Part shown: piece by piece, positions 10,515 through 20,788 of the stretch | How the letters are laid out: each line of letters begins with the position of its first letter | Position numbering within the stretch: the first letter of the stretch is position 1 | NCBI GenBank assembly: GCA_963733055.1 | Contig: CAVTBR010000003.1 | Span: forward strand, 96,001 to 160,000 | DNA from: Candidatus Bathyarchaeota archaeon | GTDB taxonomy: Archaea > Thermoproteota > Bathyarchaeia > 40CM-2-53-6 | Direction of reading: 5' to 3' | DNA: 64,000 nucleotides | Position numbers and translations under genes: made by a program | The notes under the pieces: model-generated | Database searches by the model: none | Told to the model about the DNA's origin: nothing | The model's input: only the letters and a program-made list of their open reading frames with translations

Positions 10515-12745
10515 CACATCGCGGTTGGATACTGGATCTATACCCAAAACCCGGAAAGATGATCATCTGGTTAAAGCAGCCAGATGGATCCTGCGTCCGT
10601 CTAGTTGACGGGTGGAAGCCGCGCATCCGAATTGGCGGAGAAGCAAACGACCTACTAAACCTCCAACCATTCATCCCAACCTGCACGCTTGTAGAGAAAT
10701 TTGAGAGGGCGGGCGCCAAGACTCGAAGTAAGGTTCTGGAGGTTGAAGTGGATAGTGAGTCCGAGGCCCAAAGCCTTGCGAGACAAATCTTCCGCTACGG
10801 CGGATACTCAAGGTATCAGCTTTACGATGTGGACATCCCGTCAACGCAAATGTACCTATACCACAACAACCTGTTCCCACTCGCATTTGTCGAAGCAAAC
10901 GACACGCATGCCCACATTGAATGGGTAATGAAAGATTCACGTGAACGACTAGACTATGAACTACCCATCCTTCGTACCCTGCACCTCAAAATAACTACCA
11001 AAAAAACATGCAGAATTCCAACTTTCAAAGACGAGTTAGGTTCGATTACTCTTCAAACCGACGATGAAACCCTCGCCATCAACTCGGGTAGCGAACCCGA
11101 CAAGCTCACCCAACTCGTAGAGGCTTTCCGCACAATCAACCCCGATGTGGTTTTGACCGAAGGCGGAGATTCATTCATCTTCCCATACCTCGCACGGAGA
11201 GCGGAGCACCACAATCTTCTCCACGAGATGATCCTGGGCAGAGAGAAAGCTCCGCTTCGCGTCTACGAAGTGCAGGGACACAGTTACTTCTCCTATGGTA
11301 AGATACTGTTCAAGCAAACCGCCGCGCGACTACTAGGGCGTTTGCATGTTGACGAGGCGAATGGCTTCATCAGCAGTGACTGTGGTCTTGAGGGCCTCTT
11401 CGAGGTAGCTCGCACATGCATCATACCGCTACAAAGAGCGTCACGAACGACGATTGGCACCAGCATGACTTCGCTTCAACTCTACCACGTGGTGAAAGCC
11501 GATGTGCTCATACCTTGGAACAAGAATGAGCCGGAAGAGTGGAAGAATGGGAATGAACTCATAGTCGCTGACCGCGGCGGGTTCATCTATGAACCACAAT
11601 TTGGCATACATGATTCGGTCGGAGAGCTGGACTTCTCTTCTCTCTACCCAACAATAATGCGCAACATGAATCTAAGTGGCGAAACCGTACGGTGCACGTG
11701 CTGCCCTAACTCAACCAACCGAGTCCCCGAACTTGGATGGAACATTTGCGAGCGATGGAATGGCATCGTGTCACGCTCGTTGGACATCTTGCTCCAGAAG
11801 AGAGCGCTCTACAAAAAATACAAGAAAGAAACCGCCGACCCAGATATGCGGCTGCGCTATGACAAATGTCAAGCCGCTCTCAAATGGATCCTAGTCTGTT
11901 CGTTCGGCTACTTGGGATTCAAGAACGCGCGGTTCGGAAGAATAGATGCACATATTGCAACCTGCGCCTTCTCACGACAAATCCTCCGAAAAGCTGTTGC
12001 AATCGCGGAGTCTAAGGGCTTTACACTCCTACATGGAATCGTTGATTCGATGTGGCTTAAGAAACAAGGAGCAACCGCCGTTGAGTACGAGGATCTTTGT
12101 CGTCAAATTGAGTTTCAACTACATTTTCCAATTGAATTTGAGGGGCTCTACAAGTGGATTGTTTTTCTGAACTCTCGGACAGATGCACGCATTCCAGTCC
12201 TCAACCGGTACTATGGCGTCTTTCAAAACGGGAAACCCAAACTGCGCGGCATCGACCTTAGGAAGCATGATACACCCGGAATCGTCGGGCGCTGCCAGTC
12301 TGATATGTTAACCCTGTTCGCTAAAGCGGAGAACTCCGAACATTTTAAGGCGCTCATACCCGAAGCTCTTGTCGTGGTCAAATCCTACGTCAATCTAATG
12401 CGGCATGGGGCTGTACCCGTAGAGGATTTGACGATTGAGAAACGCCTCAGCAAAAACCCCAACGAATACCGAAACATGGTTCCGCAAAGCATCGCTGCTC
12501 AACACCTCGTTCGGGAGGGCATGAAAACCCATGCGGGTCAAACAATGAGCTACATTCTAACGTACTACAAGTCACGAATAACTCAGAACAGGGCTCTACC
12601 GACCGAGTTAATGAACGAAGGCTCTGACTTCGACTCTGAACGATACGTTGACCTACTGCTCTCCTCAACCACCAATCTCCTACTTCCGTTCGGATACACT
12701 CCAGCAGTACTCAAAGAGTCACTTCAAACTAGTGTCACTCGCTGA
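10511..12745 (+). CDS. polB2: Family B DNA polymerase, PolB2 group
   Basis: DRGG, ELDFSSLYP, K..LV.SFGY.G, HGIVDS in place of YGDTDS, RGIDLRKHD. Confidence 0.92.
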   Translation: MTHRGWILDLYPKPGKMIIWLKQPDGSCVRLVDGWKPRIRIGGEANDLLNLQPFIPTCTLVEKFERAGAKTRSKVLEVEVDSESEAQSLARQIFRYGGYSRYQLYDVDIPSTQMYLYHNNLFPLAFVEANDTHAHIEWVMKDSRERLDYELPILRTLHLKITTKKTCRIPTFKDELGSITLQTDDETLAINSGSEPDKLTQLVEAFRTINPDVVLTEGGDSFIFPYLARRAEHHNLLHEMILGREKAPLRVYEVQGHSYFSYGKILFKQTAARLLGRLHVDEANGFISSDCGLEGLFEVARTCIIPLQRASRTTIGTSMTSLQLYHVVKADVLIPWNKNEPEEWKNGNELIVADRGGFIYEPQFGIHDSVGELDFSSLYPTIMRNMNLSGETVRCTCCPNSTNRVPELGWNICERWNGIVSRSLDILLQKRALYKKYKKETADPDMRLRYDKCQAALKWILVCSFGYLGFKNARFGRIDAHIATCAFSRQILRKAVAIAESKGFTLLHGIVDSMWLKKQGATAVEYEDLCRQIEFQLHFPIEFEGLYKWIVFLNSRTDARIPVLNRYYGVFQNGKPKLRGIDLRKHDTPGIVGRCQSDMLTLFAKAENSEHFKALIPEALVVVKSYVNLMRHGAVPVEDLTIEKRLSKNPNEYRNMVPQSIAAQHLVREGMKTHAGQTMSYILTYYKSRITQNRALPTELMNEGSDFDSERYVDLLLSSTTNLLLPFGYTPAVLKESLQTSVTR

Positions 12746-12849
12746 ACCCATTGATGCAATGGCGTCTTGAAAGGCTACAAAACCAGACCTCATTGTTTTC
12801 AATATGTGAAAACTATGCTGCGTCTATTGACCAAATATCGCACCAATAA

Positions 12850-15072
12850 GTGGGCATGCCGCTCGGAAGTTGGAATCCTAATAAGAAAACCTTAGGAATA
12901 GCCTCTGCGAACGAAAGGAACACGCTCATGCCCCGATCACAAACTCGGCTCAAACAGAGTAGTTCCATTCCCATTACTTGGCTTAGTCAGGGGATGCTAA
13001 AGGCCAGTCTGCTGCTGAGACATGAAGCTGTCCGAACGGGGAAAGTGCCAGAAGCACTCAAACTTCTCTTAAATGAGAAGACCTCGCCGAATCAGGTCCA
13101 AGCGAGGTTTCCAGCTCTCAACGACCCTGACAAACAGATATGTGAAGCTGCGTCGGATGATTACCTAAGGTGTATTCTAGCAAAGGCGATAGGCGAAGTC
13201 TATCGGAGCATCACTCCAAAGTACCGGAATGAGGCAGCGAGAAAGCAATTCTTCGGCCAATTAGTAGGAGTAGCAGAAACGTGTCAACTCACCAAGACGA
13301 ATGACTGTCGCACTGCATTCCAATCATCTTCTGAGCCAGGCACTGTACTAGCAATGGTACAAGCTGAAGCAGAACGCCTCCTTCAAGAGCGAATTGATCT
13401 TAACTCAGAGTTTGCTTCCAAACTAAACAGCGCGCGCCTAGAATTTCGTTCTTCTCTCAGGACATTGGAAGGAATCGTGGGGGTCAGATGGCAAGATAGT
13501 GAACGATTTCAGAGGACATTAAACATAAGGTCGTTCTTCCCCCCGGGCCTGTACGAAGACGAACAAACTTGGAGATGGGGAAGCCAATGGTATCCGGAGG
13601 ACGGTGTGTTAAACGTCAATCCCCCCATTCTACTTCTGGATGCTTTCAGGAAAGGGGTCCTAGCCCGCGAAGCAGCGGTTCTGCTCTCGCCGAGAATCCT
13701 GGACGGTATGCAACATGCACCGAGAGTTCTTTGCGAGCAATCCGAATACTTAGCCTACAAAATGTTTGAACGCAAGAATGAGAAAGAGCTCTGGTCCCAC
13801 GCCCGACATGGTCTCAGAAAATCCACAAGGCCGGGCGGCCAAGACCTGTTAGACTTCTTTCAATATTATGAAATGCTGGTCGGTGAATCACTCTATCGCG
13901 AGGTCTGGGAAAGACTTCTCGAATTCGGAAAGGCAGCGCTGACTGTTGCGGACTATTACATCATATTCAATACTCTGGCGGCGCGGCCAGTGGTACAAAA
14001 GTTCGACAAGAACGAAATGCGCCTCCTAAACCTGCTCGCGAAAAGACCCGACATGAAAACTGGTGAGGCTGGACGAGCACTCGGCATCAGCATCCCCACC
14101 GCAATGAAAATTATTCGTGATCTTTCAAAGAAAGCCGGATTGCTCTTCACAATCATTGTCGACATGCGGAAGCTCGGTTTGGCGGAATACCCGCTGTTTC
14201 TTAATACGACCAGACAGGCCCAGGTAATTACCCTGTTGAATCGCATTCCTTACTGCAGGCAGGTCTTCCGCACATACGGCTCCTACGACTGTTTCTGTGT
14301 ATTCGACATACCATACGAGAATTCGGATTTCCTACGTAACCTATTGGATCTTATGCAGAACCGGGGTCTGATCACTCAATACAAGCTATTGGAGCTTGAA
14401 CATGACTTTCAGTCCGTGAATTTCGACCGTTATGACGCTGCCTTAGGCCGCTGGTCTGTTCACTGGGATACTTGGGGAATCGACCTTCGAGAGCGCATAT
14501 CCGCCAAGAAAACTTTCACCTCAGAGAACTCCGGGCAAGGGGAAAAGTTCCAATTCGACAAACTCGATCTGCAAATACTCTCGCGACTTCATACCGACTG
14601 CAGAACCCCTTTCTCTTCGTTAGGGAGGACGTTGGGCGTGTCAGGGGCATATATCGGAAAGAAAGTCGATCGAATGTTGCGCGAGAATGTCTTCAGATAT
14701 GCGATATGGCCATTGAAAATAGGAGCGGAGGACTGGGGAATAGTCGCACTCTCTTGCAGCAGGCAAATTGCCTCGATCTGTGCTGAACAGTTGTCGAAAC
14801 TTCCCGCGTGGAGAGGGGGGCTCGTTAAGGGTGACATCGACGGGTTACTATCGATTGTATGGGCTCCCAGCGGGGAGTTGAAACAACTATTCAAAGCAAT
14901 TGACGACCGACTCATCAAGACAGGTTCGGCTCAAGCCCCTTGCCTAAACTCGGTAGGCGAATGGATCATCGCAAGATGGCTGCCCGTCGAACCTTATCCG
15001 GGTGACCTAACCGGTGACAAAGGCACTTGGGTCTTCGACGAAAAGAAATACCTCTCACTTGCGTCATCATGA
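12850..15072 (+). CDS. Large regulator with tandem Lrp/AsnC-like wHTH modules and an uncharacterised N-terminal half (start uncertain)
   Basis: FDKNEMRLL..LAKRP..EAGRALGISIPT and FDKLDLQILSRL..DCRTPFSSLGRTLGVS; TYGSYD RAM-like motif. Confidence 0.75.
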   Translation: MGMPLGSWNPNKKTLGIASANERNTLMPRSQTRLKQSSSIPITWLSQGMLKASLLLRHEAVRTGKVPEALKLLLNEKTSPNQVQARFPALNDPDKQICEAASDDYLRCILAKAIGEVYRSITPKYRNEAARKQFFGQLVGVAETCQLTKTNDCRTAFQSSSEPGTVLAMVQAEAERLLQERIDLNSEFASKLNSARLEFRSSLRTLEGIVGVRWQDSERFQRTLNIRSFFPPGLYEDEQTWRWGSQWYPEDGVLNVNPPILLLDAFRKGVLAREAAVLLSPRILDGMQHAPRVLCEQSEYLAYKMFERKNEKELWSHARHGLRKSTRPGGQDLLDFFQYYEMLVGESLYREVWERLLEFGKAALTVADYYIIFNTLAARPVVQKFDKNEMRLLNLLAKRPDMKTGEAGRALGISIPTAMKIIRDLSKKAGLLFTIIVDMRKLGLAEYPLFLNTTRQAQVITLLNRIPYCRQVFRTYGSYDCFCVFDIPYENSDFLRNLLDLMQNRGLITQYKLLELEHDFQSVNFDRYDAALGRWSVHWDTWGIDLRERISAKKTFTSENSGQGEKFQFDKLDLQILSRLHTDCRTPFSSLGRTLGVSGAYIGKKVDRMLRENVFRYAIWPLKIGAEDWGIVALSCSRQIASICAEQLSKLPAWRGGLVKGDIDGLLSIVWAPSGELKQLFKAIDDRLIKTGSAQAPCLNSVGEWIIARWLPVEPYPGDLTGDKGTWVFDEKKYLSLASS

Positions 15073-15325
15073 GCCCGAGAGAGATCAGAAAAAAGGAAAA
15101 AGTGGGATCGTGTCGACCCGTCAAACTAAGCGCTTACCAGGGGTGCGGCGGATCCCAAAATCGTACTTCATCGTTGTTGTCGTCCAATTTGCACATACTC
15201 CTCAATCGGCCGTCATGGGCTCGGCCTCTTAACATCTTTCATGCAAGTAGCGTTCTCGCGTCAAATTCGTTAAGAGATTTGACCTAAACCGCCATTTTCG
15301 AAATCGATTCTAAACTCAGTTTCCC

Positions 15326-16288
15326 CTATGGCCTAACGCGAGCCAGCCTACGCCCTGCAGTAAAGGGATCGAGCCTACGTGATTCAACCTGGTTCAGTAG
15401 GGTGTCAAACTTCTTTGATGTGGCTAGTTCCTGTAACGAAACATCATCAAAATACATCTTGGTAGCTGCAAGGATTTGGGAGCGCAAAGCCTCCCTACTC
15501 ACGAGAGCCGGCGCTAGATGACCCTGAACCTGCGCATGTTGGTTAATTGCCTCTGCAAGTGCACTTACCCCATCGCCAGTAGTGGCAACAGTCTTGATGA
15601 CACGGGCCCGCCAGCCGTTGACCGGCTCGGCCATAGATATCATTGAGTATATTTCCTGGGCCGTGTGGTCGGCACTCTCTTTGTCCGCTTTGTTGACAAC
15701 GAAAATATCACCGATCTCCATGATGCCAGCCTTCAAGGCTTGAATCTCGTCACCCAAACCGGGAGCGGTGACAACCACCGTCGTATCAACCAATGTCTCT
15801 ATGTCTACGTCAGATTGTCCGGCACCTGCTGTCTCGACTATTATTTGATCAGTGGAGGTAGCGTCTAGTATGCGGACGGCGTCTTCCGTTGCGCGTGCGA
15901 TCCCGCCGAAGTGGCCCCGAGTGGCCATGCTCCTGATAAACACTCGGGGATCGGAGGCGAGGTCTCCCATTCGTATTCGGTCGCCGAGCAACGCTCCACC
16001 CGTGATCTGGCTTGATGGGTCAACGGCCACTATCCCTACCGTCTTTCCTGAGTTGCGGTAATGTTTTGCGAGTTGTGAAATCAGGGTGCTCTTTCCGCAA
16101 CCCGGCGGCCCGGTTATCCCGACAATGCTCGCCTTCCCGTGCATCCAATAGAGTCTTGCAAGAATATCGATCCGTGAACTAGGATCGTTCTCGGCCATGG
16201 ACATGAGCTGTGCAATTGCCCTCCGGTCGTGCTTGAGGGCTTTCCGTAACAATGGCTCAAGTTTCGCTTTCTTTCCCTTTTGACTCAT
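15326..16288 (-). CDS. meaB: B12 mutase G-protein chaperone MeaB/ArgK
   Basis: GPPGCGKST, AVDPSS..TGGALLGDRIRM, ETAGAGQS, VNKAD. Confidence 0.95.
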   Translation of the reverse strand: MSQKGKKAKLEPLLRKALKHDRRAIAQLMSMAENDPSSRIDILARLYWMHGKASIVGITGPPGCGKSTLISQLAKHYRNSGKTVGIVAVDPSSQITGGALLGDRIRMGDLASDPRVFIRSMATRGHFGGIARATEDAVRILDATSTDQIIVETAGAGQSDVDIETLVDTTVVVTAPGLGDEIQALKAGIMEIGDIFVVNKADKESADHTAQEIYSMISMAEPVNGWRARVIKTVATTGDGVSALAEAINQHAQVQGHLAPALVSREALRSQILAATKMYFDDVSLQELATSKKFDTLLNQVESRRLDPFTAGRRLARVRP

Positions 16289-16309
16289 TTCCCGGGACCC
16301 CAGTGTGGC

Positions 16310-17893
16310 CTAGATGATGGTTCGCGGGTGGAATTCGCCGTAAGCTTCTCTCACAACGTCGCTAATCTCGCCGGTTGTGGCTCGGTGCTTCACGGCCTGG
16401 ATGATGAGTGGAATTACATTATCAGTACCCGCCAGAGAATTTTCCAGCTTTCTTAGGCTTCGATCCACGTGAGACTTGCTCCTCCTTCTCTTGAATGCCT
16501 TGGTCGCTGAAATCTGTCTACGTACGGACTTCGCATCGATTCTCTGAATCTTTAGTCGGTATGGCCTGGGATCTTTGAGAATATTGATACCCACGGTTTT
16601 CTTCTTCCCGTTCTCGACATCCATCTGTTGCTTGAAGGCGCTTTCCCGAATCTGGGCTTGGATGTATCCTTTCTGGATCGCCTTTACTGAGCCCCCCATC
16701 TTATCGACTGCCTCGATTTCGTTTACGGCGGCCTTCTTGAGATCGCATGTGATGCTTTCCAAAAAGTAGCTGCCACCTAAGGGGTCGACTGTTTGAGTGA
16801 CTCCGCTTTCGTAGGCGATGATCTGTTGCGTGCGAAGCGCGACTTTTACGGCCTCCTGAGTGGGTAATGAAAGCGCTTCATCCATCGAGTTCGTGTGAAG
16901 GGATTGTGTTCCACCGAGCACTGCCGCGAGTGCCTGTAGAGTAACGCGAACGACGTTGTTGAGCGGCTGTTGGGCCGTTAAGGTTTCGCCACTGGTTTGG
17001 GTGTGGAAGCGAAGTTTCAAGGATTCAGAATTCTGAGCATGAAACTCGTCTCTCATGATGTGCGCCCATATTCGGCGGGCAGCTCGGAACTTGGCTATTT
17101 CCTCGATGAAGTCGTTATGGGCGGCGAAGAAGAAGGATAAGTGAGGCGCAAAAGCGTCAACGTTCAAGCCGCGTTGAATGCATGCTTTCACGTACGTCTT
17201 CGCATTTGCAAAGGCGTATGCTAACTCCTGGATTGCGGTCGCTCCCGACTCCCGGATATGGTATCCACTGATGCTGATCGGGTGCCACGACGGCATTTTC
17301 TGCGAACAGTATTCGATTAAGTCAATCGCCAAGCGGAGCGATTGCTCAGGCGGGAAGATGTAGGTGTTTCTTGCGATGTATTCTTTCAGAATATCATTTT
17401 GCGTGGTTCCCCGCAACTGATCGGGGGGCACATTTTGGTTTTCTCCGACTGAGACGTACATCGCCAGCATGATTGCTGCCGTTGCGTTGATAGTCATTGA
17501 TGTACTGACTTTACTGAGGCCAATCCCGCGCACCAGGGCCTGCATATTGTCGATCGTGCTGATTGGCACGCCCACTCGCCCAACCTCTCCCTCAGCTCGT
17601 GAGCTGTCTGAATCATACCCGAGTTGAGTTGGTAGGTCAAACGCGACACTGAGACCTGTCTGTCCTTGAGAAATGAGATACTTGAAGCGTTCATTTGTAA
17701 CTTCGGGGCTTCCGAACCCCGAGTACTGCCGCATCGTCCAGACTCTTTCCCGATACATTTCACGGTATATGCCTCGTGTGAAGGGGAATGCACCGGGTTC
17801 TCCTAGTTCGTCGGCATGGGGTTGACCCGATCCTTGAGAGTGGTAGACTGCATGAACCGGGATTCCGGAAGCGGTTATCTTTTCTAAACTCAA
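16310..17893 (-). CDS. mcmA: Methylmalonyl-CoA mutase large (substrate-binding) subunit
   Basis: WTMRQYSGFG (Tyr), QNDILKEYIARNTY (Arg), [19 protein letters not shown] lies upstream of TTG 17893. Confidence 0.9.
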   Translation of the reverse strand: MSLEKITASGIPVHAVYHSQGSGQPHADELGEPGAFPFTRGIYREMYRERVWTMRQYSGFGSPEVTNERFKYLISQGQTGLSVAFDLPTQLGYDSDSSRAEGEVGRVGVPISTIDNMQALVRGIGLSKVSTSMTINATAAIMLAMYVSVGENQNVPPDQLRGTTQNDILKEYIARNTYIFPPEQSLRLAIDLIEYCSQKMPSWHPISISGYHIRESGATAIQELAYAFANAKTYVKACIQRGLNVDAFAPHLSFFFAAHNDFIEEIAKFRAARRIWAHIMRDEFHAQNSESLKLRFHTQTSGETLTAQQPLNNVVRVTLQALAAVLGGTQSLHTNSMDEALSLPTQEAVKVALRTQQIIAYESGVTQTVDPLGGSYFLESITCDLKKAAVNEIEAVDKMGGSVKAIQKGYIQAQIRESAFKQQMDVENGKKKTVGINILKDPRPYRLKIQRIDAKSVRRQISATKAFKRRRSKSHVDRSLRKLENSLAGTDNVIPLIIQAVKHRATTGEISDVVREAYGEFHPRTII

Positions 17894-18097
17894 TTTTCGT
17901 CCTCCTGTTCCGCTGCCATGTGTCATATCGGTGAATAGTAACATAACCATTCACCCAAAGACATGTGAGATCGGTAGATGAAGCAGCCACCTATCCCGTC
18001 AGCCTGCTACGGCCAAATAGTTCGCAATAATGCCAGTTTTGCACCCAAAAGATGATAAACGCCGTTTCGGTGAACTTTCCAAATCTCAGCGTGACAG

Positions 18098-19857
18098 ATG
18101 ATGCCACAAAAGGCGAAGAACTATTGGAGGATCAAAGCGGAGGATATTGCGAAGCAACGGAATAAGCCTGGAACACTCTTCGACGCCACGGCGAGGCGCA
18201 AAGTCGCGTCGCTACACCGAAAATGGGAGAAGTCTACGCTTAATGCTTGGGTTGGCAAGTCGTCTGAACGGAAGGGCAAATTCGAAGATCCTTCTGGAAT
18301 CGCCGTAAAGACCGTTTACACTCCACTCGATGTAGCGCATCACGATTACGAGAAGGAGGCCGGGTTGCCTGGCGAGTTTCCTTACACACGCGGAATCTAT
18401 CCAACTATGTACAGGGGCCGCTTCTGGACTATGCGAATGTTCTCTGGGTATGGAACGCCCGAGGAAACTAATTCGCGGCTGAAGTATCTCCTCAAGGAAG
18501 GCGAAACTGGTCTCAGCATTGCTTTCGATATGCCCACGTTGTATGGTGTCGATGCGGATAGTCCTAGGTCTGAAGGCGAGGTTGGAAAATGCGGTGTTTC
18601 GGTTTCCTCGCTTAGAGACATGGAGGTCATTCTGGATGGAATACCTCTCGACGAAGTAAGTACTTCGATGACCATCAACGCGCCAGCATCGGTTTTGACG
18701 TGCATGTACCTAGCTACTGCTGAGAAACGCGGCCTCTCGGCCTCTAAACTGCGTGGCACGGTTCAGACTGATATTTTGAAGGAGTACGCTGCCCAGAAGG
18801 AATGGGTTTACCCACCCGAGGCCCACCTGCGAATAATCCGGGATATGATGGCCTACTCTACGAAACATCTCCCGCAATGGAATTACGTCAGCATCAGCGG
18901 TTACCACATTCGCGAAGCGGGATCGAGTGCACTTCAGGAACTTGCGTTCACTTTGGCTGATGGATTTGCATACATCGATTTGGGACTTGAGGCGGAGTTG
19001 AAAGTGGACGACTTCGCTCCTCGACTCTCGTTCTTCTTCAACTGTGGGATGGACTTCTTTGAGGAGATAGCCAAGTTCCGCGCGGCTAGGAGAATTTGGG
19101 CCAGAGTAGTCAAGGAAAAATACCACGCAAAAATCCGAGGTCTTTGCTAATGAGGTTCCACACTCAGACGTCAGGCGTCTCGCTAACTTGGCAGCAACCC
19201 CTAAACAACATAGTTAGGACTACTGTTGAAGCTTTGGCGGCGATTCTGGGTGGAACTCAATCCTTACACACAAACGCTTACGATGAGGCTTGGGCTTTGC
19301 CTACGGAACAAGCGGCGTTGATTGCGTTACGAACACAGCAGATCATGGCTGAGGAGACCGGGGTTGGAGATGTAGTTGACCCTCTAGGTGGATCATACTA
19401 TGTGGAATGGCTTACAGATGAAATGGAACAGAGAACCTACGAGTACCTTGCGAGAATAGAAGACCTCGGCGGCGTATTAGCGGCCATTAAGAAAGGTTTC
19501 ATTCAAAGGGAAATTGCTGACACCTCGTATAGATATCAGAGAGAGATGGAGGAAAAGTCGCGGATGATGGTTGGAGTAAATGCGTACACAATGAATGAAG
19601 CGTCTCCAATCAAGACGCTAAGGATCAACGAAAACGCGAGGAATAAACAGATTGAACGACTCCGTGAGGTAAAGAAACTGCGAGACAATGCCTCAGTGCG
19701 GAATGCTTTAGGACAACTTCGAAAATCCTTTGACAACTCCGAATCGAACTGTATCTACCCGATGCTAAAGGCGGTCAAGTCATATGCAACACTGGGAGAA
19801 ATCGTCGAAGTGGGCAGGGAGGTATTCGGTGATTGGAAGGAGCCGTCGATACTATAA
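18098..19857 (+). CDS. icmA: Acyl-CoA mutase large subunit, isobutyryl-CoA mutase type; one base missing in the A-run at 19129-19133
   Basis: [10 protein letters not shown] (Phe) and [14 protein letters not shown] (Gln). The two ORFs join as [20 protein letters not shown] if one A is added. Confidence 0.8.
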
Positions 19858-19890
19858 CCGGGAGGTGGAATCATCTCTAGATCGAAAACG

Positions 19891-20327
19891 ATGACTAAGA
19901 CACAGCAGCGCAAAATCAGGATCCTGGTCGCCAAGCCCGGGCTTGTGTAAAGAAACGGCCAAACGGGCACGACCGAGGCGCTCTCGTCCTCTGCAGGGCT
20001 TTGAGGGACGCTGGCATGGAGGTGATTTATGCAGGGCTGCTAGCGAGCCCAGAACAAGTGGCACAAATGGCCATGGACGAAGACGTGGACGTAGTTGCGT
20101 TAAGCCTCCTTAACGGAGCCCACATGACTGCATTTCCGAAAGTCGCACGAGCGTTGAGGGGGAAGCGTGCTGGCGACATTCTGTTGGTTGGCGGTGGAAT
20201 TATCCCGGATGAGGATAAACCGAAACTCGAGAAACTTGGGATTACCGGAAACTTTGGACCCGGAACGTCACTTAAGGTGATCGTGGATCACATCGTTACC
20301 CGCGTGGAGAAGGAACGCTGGAAGTAA
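19891..20327 (+). CDS. Cobalamin-binding small subunit of acyl-CoA mutase; exons 19891-19945 and 19963-20327 (139 aa spliced)
   Basis: The joined product reads [32 protein letters not shown]...SLLNGAH...GGGIIP..FGPGT. Confidence 0.92.
19946..19962 (+). other. Candidate 17-nt bulge-helix-bulge intron in mRNA (TGTAAAGAAACGGCCAA)
   Basis: GCCCG-GGCU-UG^U-GU-AAAGAA-AC-GGCC-AA^A-CGGGC. Cutting at the carets removes an in-frame TAA and recreates the GAC (Asp) codon. Confidence 0.85.
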
Positions 20328-20348
20328 GGATGGGTTGAGCGAAGTTCT

Positions 20349-20783
20349 TCAGGTCTTTTCAAAATAGTCTATGTCGAGAATGGAGCCTGTTCGCTTCGAC
20401 TTCTCTCTAAAGACTACGCGAACCTTGTCCCCGACCGAAACCGATCCCTTCACTTTGTGGACTAGCCCGCCGTGCGCAGATTGGAACCTTACGAAAGCGA
20501 CTGTTGTGGGTTGAGGCAGGTCTTTTCCATCGGGGCCCTTTCTGCATACAGTGAACGAATCGACAGTTCCCATGTTCTCCAGTGTCACATACTCTTCAAG
20601 CTTTGACATGCAACGTTCGCAGTATATCCTCGGAGGAAGATAGTTAAGATCACACTTCGGGCACCTTGCCGCGACTAGTCGTCCGTTGTCTTTGATTTCA
20701 CGCAGAAACTTCTCCCCTGCCAATCCTGCGGTGTAACGGAAATGTACTGGGAAATCCCCTGCAATCGTGAGATCAGAGCTCAT
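20349..20783 (-). CDS. DUF35 Zn-ribbon/OB-fold protein
   Basis: CPKC..YLPPR.YCERC; starts MSSDLTI at 20783. Confidence 0.9.
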   Translation of the reverse strand: MSSDLTIAGDFPVHFRYTAGLAGEKFLREIKDNGRLVAARCPKCDLNYLPPRIYCERCMSKLEEYVTLENMGTVDSFTVCRKGPDGKDLPQPTTVAFVRFQSAHGGLVHKVKGSVSVGDKVRVVFREKSKRTGSILDIDYFEKT

Positions 20784-20788
20784 CCAAA

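Noticed and set aside
19129-19133. -1 frameshift in icmA as programmed frameshifting
   Set aside because: One A is missing in a homopolymer, and several other single-base indels occur in the window, so a sequencing error is most likely. Needs a read check.
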